From contig JAQUKH010000001.1 in NCBI GenBank assembly GCA_028719205.1, positions 1 to 64,000 of the forward strand: a stretch of 64,000 bases of DNA, written 5' to 3'. Numbering within the stretch: the first letter of the stretch is position 1; each line of letters opens with the position of its first letter. This DNA is from a bacterium. GTDB lineage: Bacteria; JACRDZ01; JAQUKH01. The notes below the pieces were generated by a model. The model had not been told where the DNA came from and ran no database searches. It was given only the letters and a program-made list of their open reading frames with translations. A program made the position numbers and the translations under genes. Positions 29,563 to 39,354 of this stretch are shown piece by piece.

Positions 29563-32225
29563 AATCCTTTTTTTATAATTTCAAGTTCTTTTTTTAAATT
29601 GTCATATTTTCTCTGGAGCCATCTTTTCTCAACCCTGGCTGCTTTCGCCTTTCTTTTATATTCCTCAGCTAATTCAGGATAGCTGCCATACCTTGCTGTC
29701 CTTTGCAGATCCGAATAGATCATTCCTTCTGCTTGTATTATATCCAATTGGTATCTTTCCTCTTCAGAAACTTTAATTTCACTTTGGAGCCCTTCATATA
29801 TTTCAAAAAGCCTTTCATTCTTTTCTTCCCCGGTTATTTCCATTTCTAAAATATATCTATCTATCCTTAAACAATAAGGAGCATTAAGCTCTTTTTTTAT
29901 TTCCCAAAGCTCTTTTGACAGGCCATCATATCTTTCCCTGAGGTCTTCCGCCGTCTTTTTAATTACCTCGATCTGCGCTTTATCATTTTCTGAATTTTTC
30001 TTAATATCTTCTACGCCCTGTCCCGGAAAAGAAACATATATCTGTCTGTTTATCCTTTCCAGCTCATTTCCGGTAGCTTTTATTTCTTTTCGAACCATTC
30101 TATATCTTTCCAGAAACCTATTTGCCCCTGATTTTGTCAGTATTTCCTCAGAATATCCAAGTTTTTTTTCTATTGTCCTGATCACTCTTTCTGTTATTTC
30201 AAGTTTTATTTCTATTGGCTTGATCTTTTCCGCTAATGTATCATATTCTTCCTGGACGCATTTTCTCTGGCCATTTAAAAATTCTTTCTCCTCCTTATAT
30301 TCATCAGCATTTTCCTGATCTTTGCGAATAGCGGTTGCTCTTTCTTTAGCCGCGTAAATATCTATTTCTTCTTTTATTTCGTCCATTATATTTTTAAGAG
30401 TTTTCATTTCATTTTGAATTCCTTCATAACTTTCAAGAAGCCTTTCTTTATTATCTTCCGCTGTTATCCCTGTTTCTAAAATATTTTTATCTTCCGGTGA
30501 TAGATCGGAATCACTAAGTTCCTGTTTTATTTTCAAAAGCTCTTTTTCCAGGCCATCATATTTTTCCCGAAGATCTTTCGCGGTCTTTTTAATTATCTCA
30601 GCCTTATCTTTTTCCAGATCCGGTTGAATTTCTTCCGCTCCATTTATTCCGTCCATTTTATTTTTTACAGCTTTTACTTCTTTGCGAATATCTTTATATA
30701 TTTCCATAAGCATTTTTGGATCCGGTCTTGATAGTATTTCCCCTGAATATCCCATATCTCCAAGCTCTTTTTCTAATATTTCAAGCTCTTTTGCTGAAAC
30801 ATAATATCTCTTCCGGATATTTTCTATCTCTTTTTCATCAACTTCGCCTTTCCCCTCATTTTTACCCATTAATTCAGACCAGCTTTTAACCATAGACGCT
30901 TTATATTTTAAATAAATATTTGTTTGTTCTTTTATTTTATTTAATTTGTCTCCCGCGGCCTCATCTTCATTTTTAGCTTTTTCATATTCTTCAAGAAGTC
31001 TTTTTGCTTCTGATAAATATTCTTTTAAATAATCTGTATTTTTACGTTCATCTTCTATTTTATTGATCTTTTTTAACAGGGCATCATATTCTTTTTGAAT
31101 GTTTTTTGCCTCATTTCTGGCTTTTTCAGCCATTTTTTTATATTCATCAACTTCTTTTATATTTCCGCGAATATTGGCTACTCTTTCTTTAGCTGTGTAA
31201 ATATTTATATTTCTCTCTATTTCATCCAGTTTATTTTTGGGAATCACTATTTCCATTTGTAGCTCATTATAATATTCCAGAAGCCTTTTTTCCTTTTCTT
31301 CTTTTGCTGTTTTAAATCCTGAAGACTTTGTCTTTCCCGTCGAATTTTCATTATCTTTAAGTTCTTTTTCTGTTATTTTGATCATTTTTACTAAGGCATC
31401 ATATTCGTTCTTAATATCTTTTTCTTTATTTACCGAGTCTAATCTGTCTTTAGAAATTATTGCTTCTCTTTTGATCTCTTCATATTCTTCAAGAAGTATT
31501 TTTGATTCTGATAAATATCCTTTTAAATAGTCTGTATTCTTACGTTCTTTTTCCATCATTTCAATTTCTTTTTCTGTTCTTTTGATCATTTTTAGCAGGT
31601 CGTCATATTCCTTCCGAATACCTTCTGCTTCATTTACAGCCGCCGTTGCCTGTTTTTCGTCAGCTTTTTCAGACCAGTATTTTGTCAGGAATAATTTTAT
31701 CTGATTTTTTGTTGAACCAAATTTATTTTTCGATATTTTTACTTCATTTTGCGCATCTTCATATTTTTCAAGAAATGTTATTACTTCCGCGGAATAATTT
31801 AAATATCTGAGTTTTCTAGCTGTGAACTTAAGTTCTTCTAACTGCGTAATATATATTTCGTCGATATCTTTAACCTTATTTTTTGCATCGGCTAATTTAA
31901 TCTGCCATGCTTCGTTTTTTGCATACCAATTATAATCACTTTTTTGTTTATCATAATCCAAATTGATCAGTTCGATCATTTTGTCTTTTTCATTCTTGTT
32001 ATGTTGCATTTCTTTTATAAGATTTTTACATTTTTCAATGAGTTTTTCCTTATTTTCCTTTTTTTGCGCTAAGCTGACTACAGGCGTTTCTACAGGTATC
32101 TCTTTAGACATCTCAATTTTTTCTGATCTAATAACAGGTTTAGTGCAGGATGGCAGCAGGTTTAAGATAATACATAGGAGGATAAAAAAAGAATAAGTAA
32201 TTTTTCTTTTGAATAAAAAAATCAT
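29556..32225 (-). CDS. Large coiled-coil repeat lipoprotein
   Basis: Lipobox-like LLPSC; about 9 internal helical repeats. Confidence 0.75.
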   Translation of the reverse strand: MIFLFKRKITYSFFILLCIILNLLPSCTKPVIRSEKIEMSKEIPVETPVVSLAQKKENKEKLIEKCKNLIKEMQHNKNEKDKMIELINLDYDKQKSDYNWYAKNEAWQIKLADAKNKVKDIDEIYITQLEELKFTARKLRYLNYSAEVITFLEKYEDAQNEVKISKNKFGSTKNQIKLFLTKYWSEKADEKQATAAVNEAEGIRKEYDDLLKMIKRTEKEIEMMEKERKNTDYLKGYLSESKILLEEYEEIKREAIISKDRLDSVNKEKDIKNEYDALVKMIKITEKELKDNENSTGKTKSSGFKTAKEEKEKRLLEYYNELQMEIVIPKNKLDEIERNINIYTAKERVANIRGNIKEVDEYKKMAEKARNEAKNIQKEYDALLKKINKIEDERKNTDYLKEYLSEAKRLLEEYEKAKNEDEAAGDKLNKIKEQTNIYLKYKASMVKSWSELMGKNEGKGEVDEKEIENIRKRYYVSAKELEILEKELGDMGYSGEILSRPDPKMLMEIYKDIRKEVKAVKNKMDGINGAEEIQPDLEKDKAEIIKKTAKDLREKYDGLEKELLKIKQELSDSDLSPEDKNILETGITAEDNKERLLESYEGIQNEMKTLKNIMDEIKEEIDIYAAKERATAIRKDQENADEYKEEKEFLNGQRKCVQEEYDTLAEKIKPIEIKLEITERVIRTIEKKLGYSEEILTKSGANRFLERYRMVRKEIKATGNELERINRQIYVSFPGQGVEDIKKNSENDKAQIEVIKKTAEDLRERYDGLSKELWEIKKELNAPYCLRIDRYILEMEITGEEKNERLFEIYEGLQSEIKVSEEERYQLDIIQAEGMIYSDLQRTARYGSYPELAEEYKRKAKAARVEKRWLQRKYDNLKKELEIIKKGFQ

Positions 32226-32341
32226 TTGTGATCCCTATCAGGTAAGGTTATTATTCTTATTTTATACTATTTTCGTTTATTTGTCTTTGTTTTTTTCCGC
32301 CATAAAGCGTTGGTAGACAAGTGTGACTTGTGACTTACTTA

Positions 32342-32590
32342 TTACAATATTGTGATGACGGTAGGTATTTTTTTAATTTTATTGAATATTTCAATTCTTT
32401 TTTCTTCGCTTTCTACGTTTACCGTCAGATTAAACGAAGTATATTTGCCGGTCTTGCTTTTATTGCTCGTACAAAACTTATAACTGACGTCCCCCATAAC
32501 TGAAGGCAGCGCCTTTTCAACAACATCTCCTTCATAACCGATGATCTTGTAAGTCCATTCGCAGGGATAATCTATTTTTGGTTTTTCCAT
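32342..32590 (-). CDS. YbeD/DUF493 family protein
   Basis: IDYPCEWTYKIIG, SKTGKYTS. Confidence 0.88.
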   Translation of the reverse strand: MEKPKIDYPCEWTYKIIGYEGDVVEKALPSVMGDVSYKFCTSNKSKTGKYTSFNLTVNVESEEKRIEIFNKIKKIPTVITIL

Positions 32591-32733
32591 ATGAAATAAT
32601 ATTATTCTAAACGAAATTTATCCTGAATATTTCTTACTAATGAGAGTATATCAAATATATTTTTACAATGCAATAGCCGTTTAAACGACTTTTATTCTTC
32701 CGACTTCCGCCCTTCCGAATCTTAAGCACTAGA

Positions 32734-33603
32734 TTACAGTCCCCTCATAAATTCCTGTCTCAGAGCCACTTTCCCCCTGATTGCGGATCTTAAAATATCC
32801 AGTAATGCAGGTTTGTCTCTGGGAAACCTTCCGCCAAGTGGAAGGTAATTTGACGCGTGATCCGATCGGAATATCGTATTTTTTAATTCAAGGCCTTCAA
32901 TAATATCATGGGTCTCCTGCAATAATTCAGAAGGGTTCAATTCAATAAAATTTCCATTCTGCTTTTCTTCATATAACGGCGTTCCCGGTATGATCATAAG
33001 AGAAAGAAAAGAAAGGTAATTCGGCTGCATTTTGTTTATTGTGATAATGGAATTCTCCACATGCTGTTTTGAATACTTTCTGCCGCCCAAACCAAGCAGT
33101 AATATAACCGAGGTTTTTATTTTAAATTGTCCGCATTTATTTACCGCCTCTATCATTTCATTTACGGTCGATCTTTTCCTGCAATAATTAAGTATGTCCT
33201 GATCCCCGCTTTCCAACCCCATATATAAAACCCTGATCTTATGCTCATATAGTTCAGCCATCTCGGCGCAGCTTCTTCCGGTTATATTGTACCCGTTGGC
33301 ATAACTTGAGATCCGGGTAAGCTTAGGAAAAGCCTCATTTATTTTTTCCAGGATAGGCAGAAGTTTTTTATTATTAAGGACCAAAGCGTCACCGTCTAAA
33401 AGGAATACCCGTCTTATTTCAGGATCCGACTTCCCGGCCTTTTGAATATCCTCATAAACCTCTTCGATATTTTTCACCCTGAAAGGTTTCCCGGTATACG
33501 CCCCGCAGAAAACGCAGGCATCAGAAGAACATCCCGTCGTTACCTGTAAAAGAAAACTTTCCGCCTCACTCGGCGGCCTGATAATATGCCCTTCAAGAGC
33601 CAT
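32734..33603 (-). CDS. Radical SAM protein
   Basis: RPPSEA, GCSSDACVFC, FRSDHASNY. Confidence 0.9.
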   Translation of the reverse strand: MALEGHIIRPPSEAESFLLQVTTGCSSDACVFCGAYTGKPFRVKNIEEVYEDIQKAGKSDPEIRRVFLLDGDALVLNNKKLLPILEKINEAFPKLTRISSYANGYNITGRSCAEMAELYEHKIRVLYMGLESGDQDILNYCRKRSTVNEMIEAVNKCGQFKIKTSVILLLGLGGRKYSKQHVENSIITINKMQPNYLSFLSLMIIPGTPLYEEKQNGNFIELNPSELLQETHDIIEGLELKNTIFRSDHASNYLPLGGRFPRDKPALLDILRSAIRGKVALRQEFMRGL

Positions 33604-33852
33604 AGATCACCTTATTATTATTTTTTTTATTTGAAATGTCAGCCTTGTTTTATGGGATATTATACATTATAAAATTTTTATAGAGTGGAAATTTTATTGC
33701 AGTAGTTATTATATGTAGGAAACAACGTTCCGGAAACTAAAAAACATAAAATCAGACTCGTTAAGATTTCTTTCATAATTAGTCTGATATTTTACCACCG
33801 AAACCCAATAATATTTCCAATTATTTTAATTATCGAAGTCTTGAATTACCTC

Positions 33853-33880
33853 TTGACATTCTATTTGGAGGGTATATAAT
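33853..33880 (+). promoter_or_regulatory. Consensus sigma70 promoter
   Basis: TTGACA-16nt-TATAAT. Confidence 0.75.
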
Positions 33881-33889
33881 TTTATCAGT

Positions 33890-34032
33890 GATCCCGAAAA
33901 AGCTAAACCTTTCACTTCACTGGAAAGGAATGGAAAGTTACGGGTCTTATTGTTCTCTAAATAAAAATATACGACTGGTAAGATAGCCGGGCTGCCGAAG
34001 GATAAAACTTCAGGTGTGCGCCGGTTTTTTTT
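33890..34032 (+). promoter_or_regulatory. Cyclic di-GMP-I (GEMM-I) riboswitch with overlapping intrinsic terminator
   Basis: GCTAAACC...GGAATGGAAAGTTACGGGTCTTA...TAAGATAGCCGGGCTGCCGAAG follows the GEMM-I consensus; ATCC/GGAT P1; hairpin plus T-run downstream. Confidence 0.85.
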
Positions 34033-34077
34033 ATTTCAGGAATAAACGGATATGTCAAAAAGGAAAGGAGAGAAATT

Positions 34078-34818
34078 ATGAAAAAGAAAAATCTGCTTTA
34101 CCCTTTGATCATTCTACTGTGTTTTATGGTTCTTCCTCATGAAAAGAGTTTCGCGTACAGTATTTGTGAATATTGGGGATTTATACCCCCTGCTCAAAAT
34201 CCTATAGTGCCAGACCCGAATTTTCTGGGATACTGGTTCCCGCCTGAAAATAATCCCACTGAACCGTTTAGCGCTGGTGGACAGGATAATCAATTTAGTA
34301 CGGATGCAACTCATCCAAAAGGGCCTTATTTTGTTGGTGACAGCACAGGTGCAACACATGACGGGATTGATTTATTCGCATGGCTTGAAAAAGTCGGTGA
34401 TTCATGCATAATCCATTTTTTCAACACAACGAATGTAGTTAAACCAACCTCTGGCGGTTTGGTTAAAGAAGATACGTTTAAAAAAGGACCGGATGGAGTC
34501 GCTGAAATTATGCATAAACCAAAACCGATGAACACTTATGAAAAATACGCACATGTTGAATTTACTATAAATGGCGGCAATGTTGACACAAGCACAAGTC
34601 TTGGTACACTTTCAGATTCAACAAGTACTACTTATGTACATCTGCATTATTCTGTTTACATTGACGGAGAGGCAAAAAATCCTTTAAATTATATGCAAAA
34701 AAGTTATGCGACATGCGGGGTACTTACTCCTGAGCCCGCGGCTTGTATATTGCTCGGATCTTTATTTTCCGGGCTGTTTATTTCATCAGGGTATTTTAAA
34801 CGCAGATCTAAGCGATGA
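34078..34818 (+). CDS. M23-family peptidase with PEP-CTERM sorting signal
   Basis: Signal peptide (SFA), HDGID, YAH, HLHY zinc motifs; C-terminal TPEP + TM + KRRSKR. Confidence 0.78.
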   Translation: MKKKNLLYPLIILLCFMVLPHEKSFAYSICEYWGFIPPAQNPIVPDPNFLGYWFPPENNPTEPFSAGGQDNQFSTDATHPKGPYFVGDSTGATHDGIDLFAWLEKVGDSCIIHFFNTTNVVKPTSGGLVKEDTFKKGPDGVAEIMHKPKPMNTYEKYAHVEFTINGGNVDTSTSLGTLSDSTSTTYVHLHYSVYIDGEAKNPLNYMQKSYATCGVLTPEPAACILLGSLFSGLFISSGYFKRRSKR

Positions 34819-34914
34819 AAGCCACAGGTTAAGAATTCGGACAATTAGAAATTAAGGATGGAAAAAAGTACTCAGAGCAAAGAAAAAAAGTGTGGAAGTG
34901 CGGACTGCAATAAT

Positions 34915-35502
34915 TTATTGCAGTCCGGCTTCAGGCAGTGCTCGTGGTTTAGAAACAGGATACAAAAATTTTATAATGAACCAGGCTCTATCGGTAGCTC
35001 CTTGATTATTGCCATAGTCCTTGGAAATAAATACTACTTCATCTGCGGGAAATTTATCATTTTTCAGGATCCAACCGGACGATACAGCATCTGCATTTTT
35101 ATATTCAATAACCTGATCGATCGGCATGATATTTCCTTTTTCATCATATCCCTTAAATTTTAGTATCGCGTTATTTTGATAAAATTTAGAAAGTGCCAGT
35201 GAAAAATACTCGATCTTTACTTCATCACAATAATATTTCCCTTCCTTTTCTAATGTTGTTTTAATAATAGTTGTTAAAAATGGTATTAAAAATACTGAAG
35301 TATCAAAACTAACTTCAACTTTATGCGTCATTTTATCAACCGGCAGCAAATAATCCGTAATGATATACGGATCTTTATTAGAATCTTCAAACAATCCTGT
35401 TAAACTGATATTTTTTATTTTAGCTTTTGTATCCTGCGCGAATACAATGTTTAAGCTAAAAATAAAGCTGATGAAAAACAATATTAAATATCTTTTCAAC
35501 AT
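34915..35502 (-). CDS. Hypothetical exported protein
   Basis: Signal peptide (VFA/QD); no family recognised. Confidence 0.65.
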   Translation of the reverse strand: MLKRYLILFFISFIFSLNIVFAQDTKAKIKNISLTGLFEDSNKDPYIITDYLLPVDKMTHKVEVSFDTSVFLIPFLTTIIKTTLEKEGKYYCDEVKIEYFSLALSKFYQNNAILKFKGYDEKGNIMPIDQVIEYKNADAVSSGWILKNDKFPADEVVFISKDYGNNQGATDRAWFIIKFLYPVSKPRALPEAGLQ

Positions 35503-35641
35503 AATATTTACTCTATTAATTTATGTTTACCAGATAAAAAAAAACTCTATAAGCATATTTTGGCCAATATACTTTATAGAGCGAATTTGTTCTTCATTTC
35601 TCTACTCCTCACATTTTGCATGCTAAACGTAGAAAATTGAT

Positions 35642-35695
35642 TATTTAGACTAATATCCCTATATTTAGACTATTCTATTTTTGTGTTTTTGTCAA
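35642..35695 (-). promoter_or_regulatory. Promoter overlapped by an 11-bp direct repeat (putative operator)
   Basis: TTGACA-17nt-TAGTCT on minus strand; TATTTAGACTA at 35642 and 35662. Confidence 0.5.
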
Positions 35696-35741
35696 GTGTA
35701 TTTATTCATTTTCCTATTATTATAGTTTGTACTGACTCATT

Positions 35742-37118
35742 TTATGTAAAAAAAGCTAAAGCATCAATTCCGTGTTCCTTAGGATCAATTACTGATGAGA
35801 TATTGCGCCCTGAGGTATTTGAATCTTTATTGGATAGGTCTATGAACGTCGGTTCTTCAAGCATTGTGCCGTTTTTGCCACTGATAATTTTTATTTGCGG
35901 CAATAAAAGCGCGTGCGGCAGGACATTTTGAACTATAGCGATCTCTCCGTTGTTCAGTAAAACAAAAGTACCGGGTGGGTAAACTCCTATCATCTGGGCA
36001 AATATTTTTAAAAAATACGGATCAAATTCAGTACCGATAAACTGCAGCATTAGCGCTATAGCTTTGTCAGAAGATATAGGGTTTTTATACGGCCTCGTAC
36101 TGGTAATGGCATCATAAACATCGCATATACTTGTGATCAAAGATAATGGATGAATCTCTGTGATCCCTTTTATTTTTGGGTAGCCGCTCAGATCGAATTT
36201 CATATGGTGCTGTGCGGCAATATTAATAGCTAACATATCTGTATTATCCTGTTCTTCCAATATTTTTGCCCCCATTATAGAATGCTGCTTCAAGATCGCC
36301 CATTCATCCGGAGTCAATTTTGGGGTTTTGTGCAGTATGGAAATAGGAATTTTTATTTTCCCGATATCGTGCAATAATGCGGCTCTGGCAAGTTTTGAAA
36401 GTAATTCAGAGTCATTGATTATATTAGTTGCCAGAACAACTGAAAGTATCGCTACGTTAGTAGAGTGAGTGAAAGTGTACTCATCATAATCGCGCAGTGT
36501 AGTGGTGGCAAGCCCCGAGGCCTTGTCTTTAATTACCATAGAGGTTATATCCTGTGAGACTTTATCAATGATATCTATTGGCAGAGCTTTGCCTTCAAAC
36601 ACGGCATTATAAACCATTTTATTTGCCTCAATGCTTGAACCATAAATTTTTTCAGGTTTCAGCAACGCATATTTGCCGTCATCATCTTTCGCGCGGACAT
36701 TTTTTACGATAACTATACATGTTATTCCTGATCTTTCTAACTCCTTCTGCAGCTCGTCAGCATCGAGCGGCCTTGTTTTTTCAATAAGGATACTTGAAAA
36801 AAAAGCAATATTTTGCTGTGTAACTCCCTTTTTAAAACATATTGATTCAATAGCCTTTGATTCGATAAGCTGGAATGCTTTTTCCACGCTGTGTTTTAGA
36901 TCGTAAAGAGGTATACCTTCAAAAACAAAATGTTTTTCCACTATATCTATATATATGGAATCAGTCAGTACGAATATTTCATCAAGGCTAATACATGTTT
37001 TTTTTAATTGCGCTATTACATTAGGATGCAGCGCCGGATAAAGCATGTTTTCAGTAATAAAGATCGCAAAATCCTTTATGAATTTTTTAACATTATTTCT
37101 TAATAATAAACGGTCCAT
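35742..37118 (-). CDS. HD-GYP cyclic dinucleotide phosphodiesterase
   Basis: HSTNV, HDIGK, HH...SGYP, DVYDAITSTRPYK. Confidence 0.92.
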   Translation of the reverse strand: MDRLLLRNNVKKFIKDFAIFITENMLYPALHPNVIAQLKKTCISLDEIFVLTDSIYIDIVEKHFVFEGIPLYDLKHSVEKAFQLIESKAIESICFKKGVTQQNIAFFSSILIEKTRPLDADELQKELERSGITCIVIVKNVRAKDDDGKYALLKPEKIYGSSIEANKMVYNAVFEGKALPIDIIDKVSQDITSMVIKDKASGLATTTLRDYDEYTFTHSTNVAILSVVLATNIINDSELLSKLARAALLHDIGKIKIPISILHKTPKLTPDEWAILKQHSIMGAKILEEQDNTDMLAINIAAQHHMKFDLSGYPKIKGITEIHPLSLITSICDVYDAITSTRPYKNPISSDKAIALMLQFIGTEFDPYFLKIFAQMIGVYPPGTFVLLNNGEIAIVQNVLPHALLLPQIKIISGKNGTMLEEPTFIDLSNKDSNTSGRNISSVIDPKEHGIDALAFFT

Positions 37119-37173
37119 AAATACCCCTTATTTTTACTGCTATCCTGTTCCCCCTGCTTTCTGCCCGTGATAT

Positions 37174-39354
37174 TCATGATAATTTTTTTAACCTTTCCGC
37201 GGCGAATACCCTTAAGATTTTAGGTTCAGTAGGAATAAAAAAGAAACGCTTTTTTCCCATTACATTATTAAATATTTTTTTAGCTTGCGCTTTATCCAGT
37301 AATTCCAGCGATCTCAAAGCTGCCATGCGGATATCTATATTTTCCGATAGCGAATCAGTCATACTTATTTTACCCTGAGATATATCAACAAGTATAGAAC
37401 AAACTTTCGGAGTGTTGTAAAGGCCTAAGCATTCAATTGCTGTAATACGTAAAGGAATATTAGAAATATCTACTGCCTTGAGTAAAAAAGGTAATGCCTC
37501 CTCTGATCTTTTTGAGGCAATAAGTTTTAACGATTTTTTCGCGATACCAAGGTTTTCCAGCAAAGTTATTTCCCATAAAAAAGGAAGCGTGTCATCGCTG
37601 TTTATATCTTGCAATAGATCCAGAAGCCGCATAATTTGAGAAAGAGGTGCTTTCCCAAGTTCAGCATCAAATTTCAGATCACCGGTTTTATAATTGTTAA
37701 TTATTATCTCTCTAAGCATGGGCCCTTTTGATGAAGTCTCAATAAAAATGAAATAATTTATAAGCAAAGTCATTAAATTGGATGGGAACAGATAAAATAA
37801 TTGCTTGAACGCTGTTTTAATATCCTGCTCTTTGGGCAAGTATAAAGTTTTAGTGATCAGCCCTTCCAAAACAGGGAGAGGTAAAGTTGCAAGAGATTCA
37901 AGAACTATTTTTTTATGCTCAGGTTTTATCTTTTTTGTCTCCGAAATTAAGTTAAATAAAAAAAACATAATTTTCGCTAATTGTTCTGTATTGTTTTGCT
38001 CAAACAGTATTTTTATTTGTGCGATCAGTTTATCAAGCATCTTTATAAACTTTTTAGTTTCATTCTCCTCTTCTATAAATTCTTCCAATACCGCAAAATA
38101 TCCCAGAGCCTGGTCAAACGAGTTAATACGTTTTGCCATTGTTTCTTTTACAAGATGCACTGTTTTCAAAACATTCAATCCTTTTAAAATATCCGCCGGT
38201 TCATTGTCAGAAACAAATCCCAGTGATAATTCTGTGTCCATTTCCAAAGAATATTCAGGATCAATTGAGGAGCAAATATCGTTAATTACCTGTTTGGCTT
38301 TACTTTCCGAAGGTATGTTTTTCTGAAGCGTATCCGTAAAAGTAGGAAGGAAATTCAGCATTTCCTGGCGGTCTTTGAATAGTTTATTTATTATTGTTTT
38401 TGTCCGGGTTACTACTTTTGAGTTTCCATCTGACTCGGCTATTTTTTGCGTCATGAATTCTGCTGTTTTTTGCGGCCCTAATTTATCGATCACTGAGGCG
38501 GAAACATTTGTATAATTAATTATTTCATCGTCCGGGTGTTCGAAAACAAGATCAAAAAAATCTTTTTCTGAATTTGAAGCTATAATATCGTGAAGAATGG
38601 ATTTTATCTCTGTCTTTTCGGAGATGTTATGTTTCTCGATCGCCGCTTTTATCTTTTTTACGATCTCTAAAATATTTGCGTTTTCCGACAATTTTGATGT
38701 TTGTTTAAGGCCTTGATCCTGAGAAGCGGTTTTTATTAATGAGCATATAAGAGGTGTTTCTTTAAGTAATTCATAAATAGAATATGCCTGTTCAGAAGAC
38801 AGTGAAGATTTGGAATCATCAGTAAGAAACTGAAATATTGAGCTGTTAGTAAGGCTCGAGAGCCGTTCCTGATTTATGCTCCTGCGGTCCTTGTTATAAT
38901 ACTCGATTATTTTTATATTTTGAGCCCCATTTTTCTCTAAAATGCCATTCGGGCCTCCTTCAGGGCTGATGTTCTCCGGATCGGTATTTAACAGTGTCAT
39001 CAGAGCATTAATATCGTTCATGTTCGTTCCCGTGTTAAAAACTATCCGGCGTATATACCTTTCATGCAGTTTTTCTAAAAAAATTGTTATCTCCGGAATT
39101 TTTGCGGTATCAAGGGGCAGGTTTTGAAAGTATAAACTATTATCAAATATGCGCAAAGAAATTTTCTGTTCCTGAGCAACTATATCTTTCAGTTGAGAGT
39201 AGAACCTTTCTATGGCAAGAATAAGCATTTTATGCCCGCTTGGATATAACTTTTCAGCTTTTAGTAATGAAAAAAAGCATGAAACAAACATTATTGCTTT
39301 TTTCATTTCTTTAGAATCCACGTCTTTACGAATATATGTTTTCCGATCGTTCAT
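37174..39354 (-). CDS. HEAT-repeat protein
   Basis: N-terminal LYPSGH domain resembling the N-terminus (LYPALHP) of the adjacent HD-GYP; C-terminal HEAT-like repeats (LRITAIECLG, IRMAALRSL). Confidence 0.75.
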   Translation of the reverse strand: MNDRKTYIRKDVDSKEMKKAIMFVSCFFSLLKAEKLYPSGHKMLILAIERFYSQLKDIVAQEQKISLRIFDNSLYFQNLPLDTAKIPEITIFLEKLHERYIRRIVFNTGTNMNDINALMTLLNTDPENISPEGGPNGILEKNGAQNIKIIEYYNKDRRSINQERLSSLTNSSIFQFLTDDSKSSLSSEQAYSIYELLKETPLICSLIKTASQDQGLKQTSKLSENANILEIVKKIKAAIEKHNISEKTEIKSILHDIIASNSEKDFFDLVFEHPDDEIINYTNVSASVIDKLGPQKTAEFMTQKIAESDGNSKVVTRTKTIINKLFKDRQEMLNFLPTFTDTLQKNIPSESKAKQVINDICSSIDPEYSLEMDTELSLGFVSDNEPADILKGLNVLKTVHLVKETMAKRINSFDQALGYFAVLEEFIEEENETKKFIKMLDKLIAQIKILFEQNNTEQLAKIMFFLFNLISETKKIKPEHKKIVLESLATLPLPVLEGLITKTLYLPKEQDIKTAFKQLFYLFPSNLMTLLINYFIFIETSSKGPMLREIIINNYKTGDLKFDAELGKAPLSQIMRLLDLLQDINSDDTLPFLWEITLLENLGIAKKSLKLIASKRSEEALPFLLKAVDISNIPLRITAIECLGLYNTPKVCSILVDISQGKISMTDSLSENIDIRMAALRSLELLDKAQAKKIFNNVMGKKRFFFIPTEPKILRVFAAERLKKLS

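Noticed and set aside
32697..32720. Short 7-8 nt tandem repeats (also near 32322 and 41050)
   Set aside because: Only 2-3 degenerate copies; too weak to call a feature
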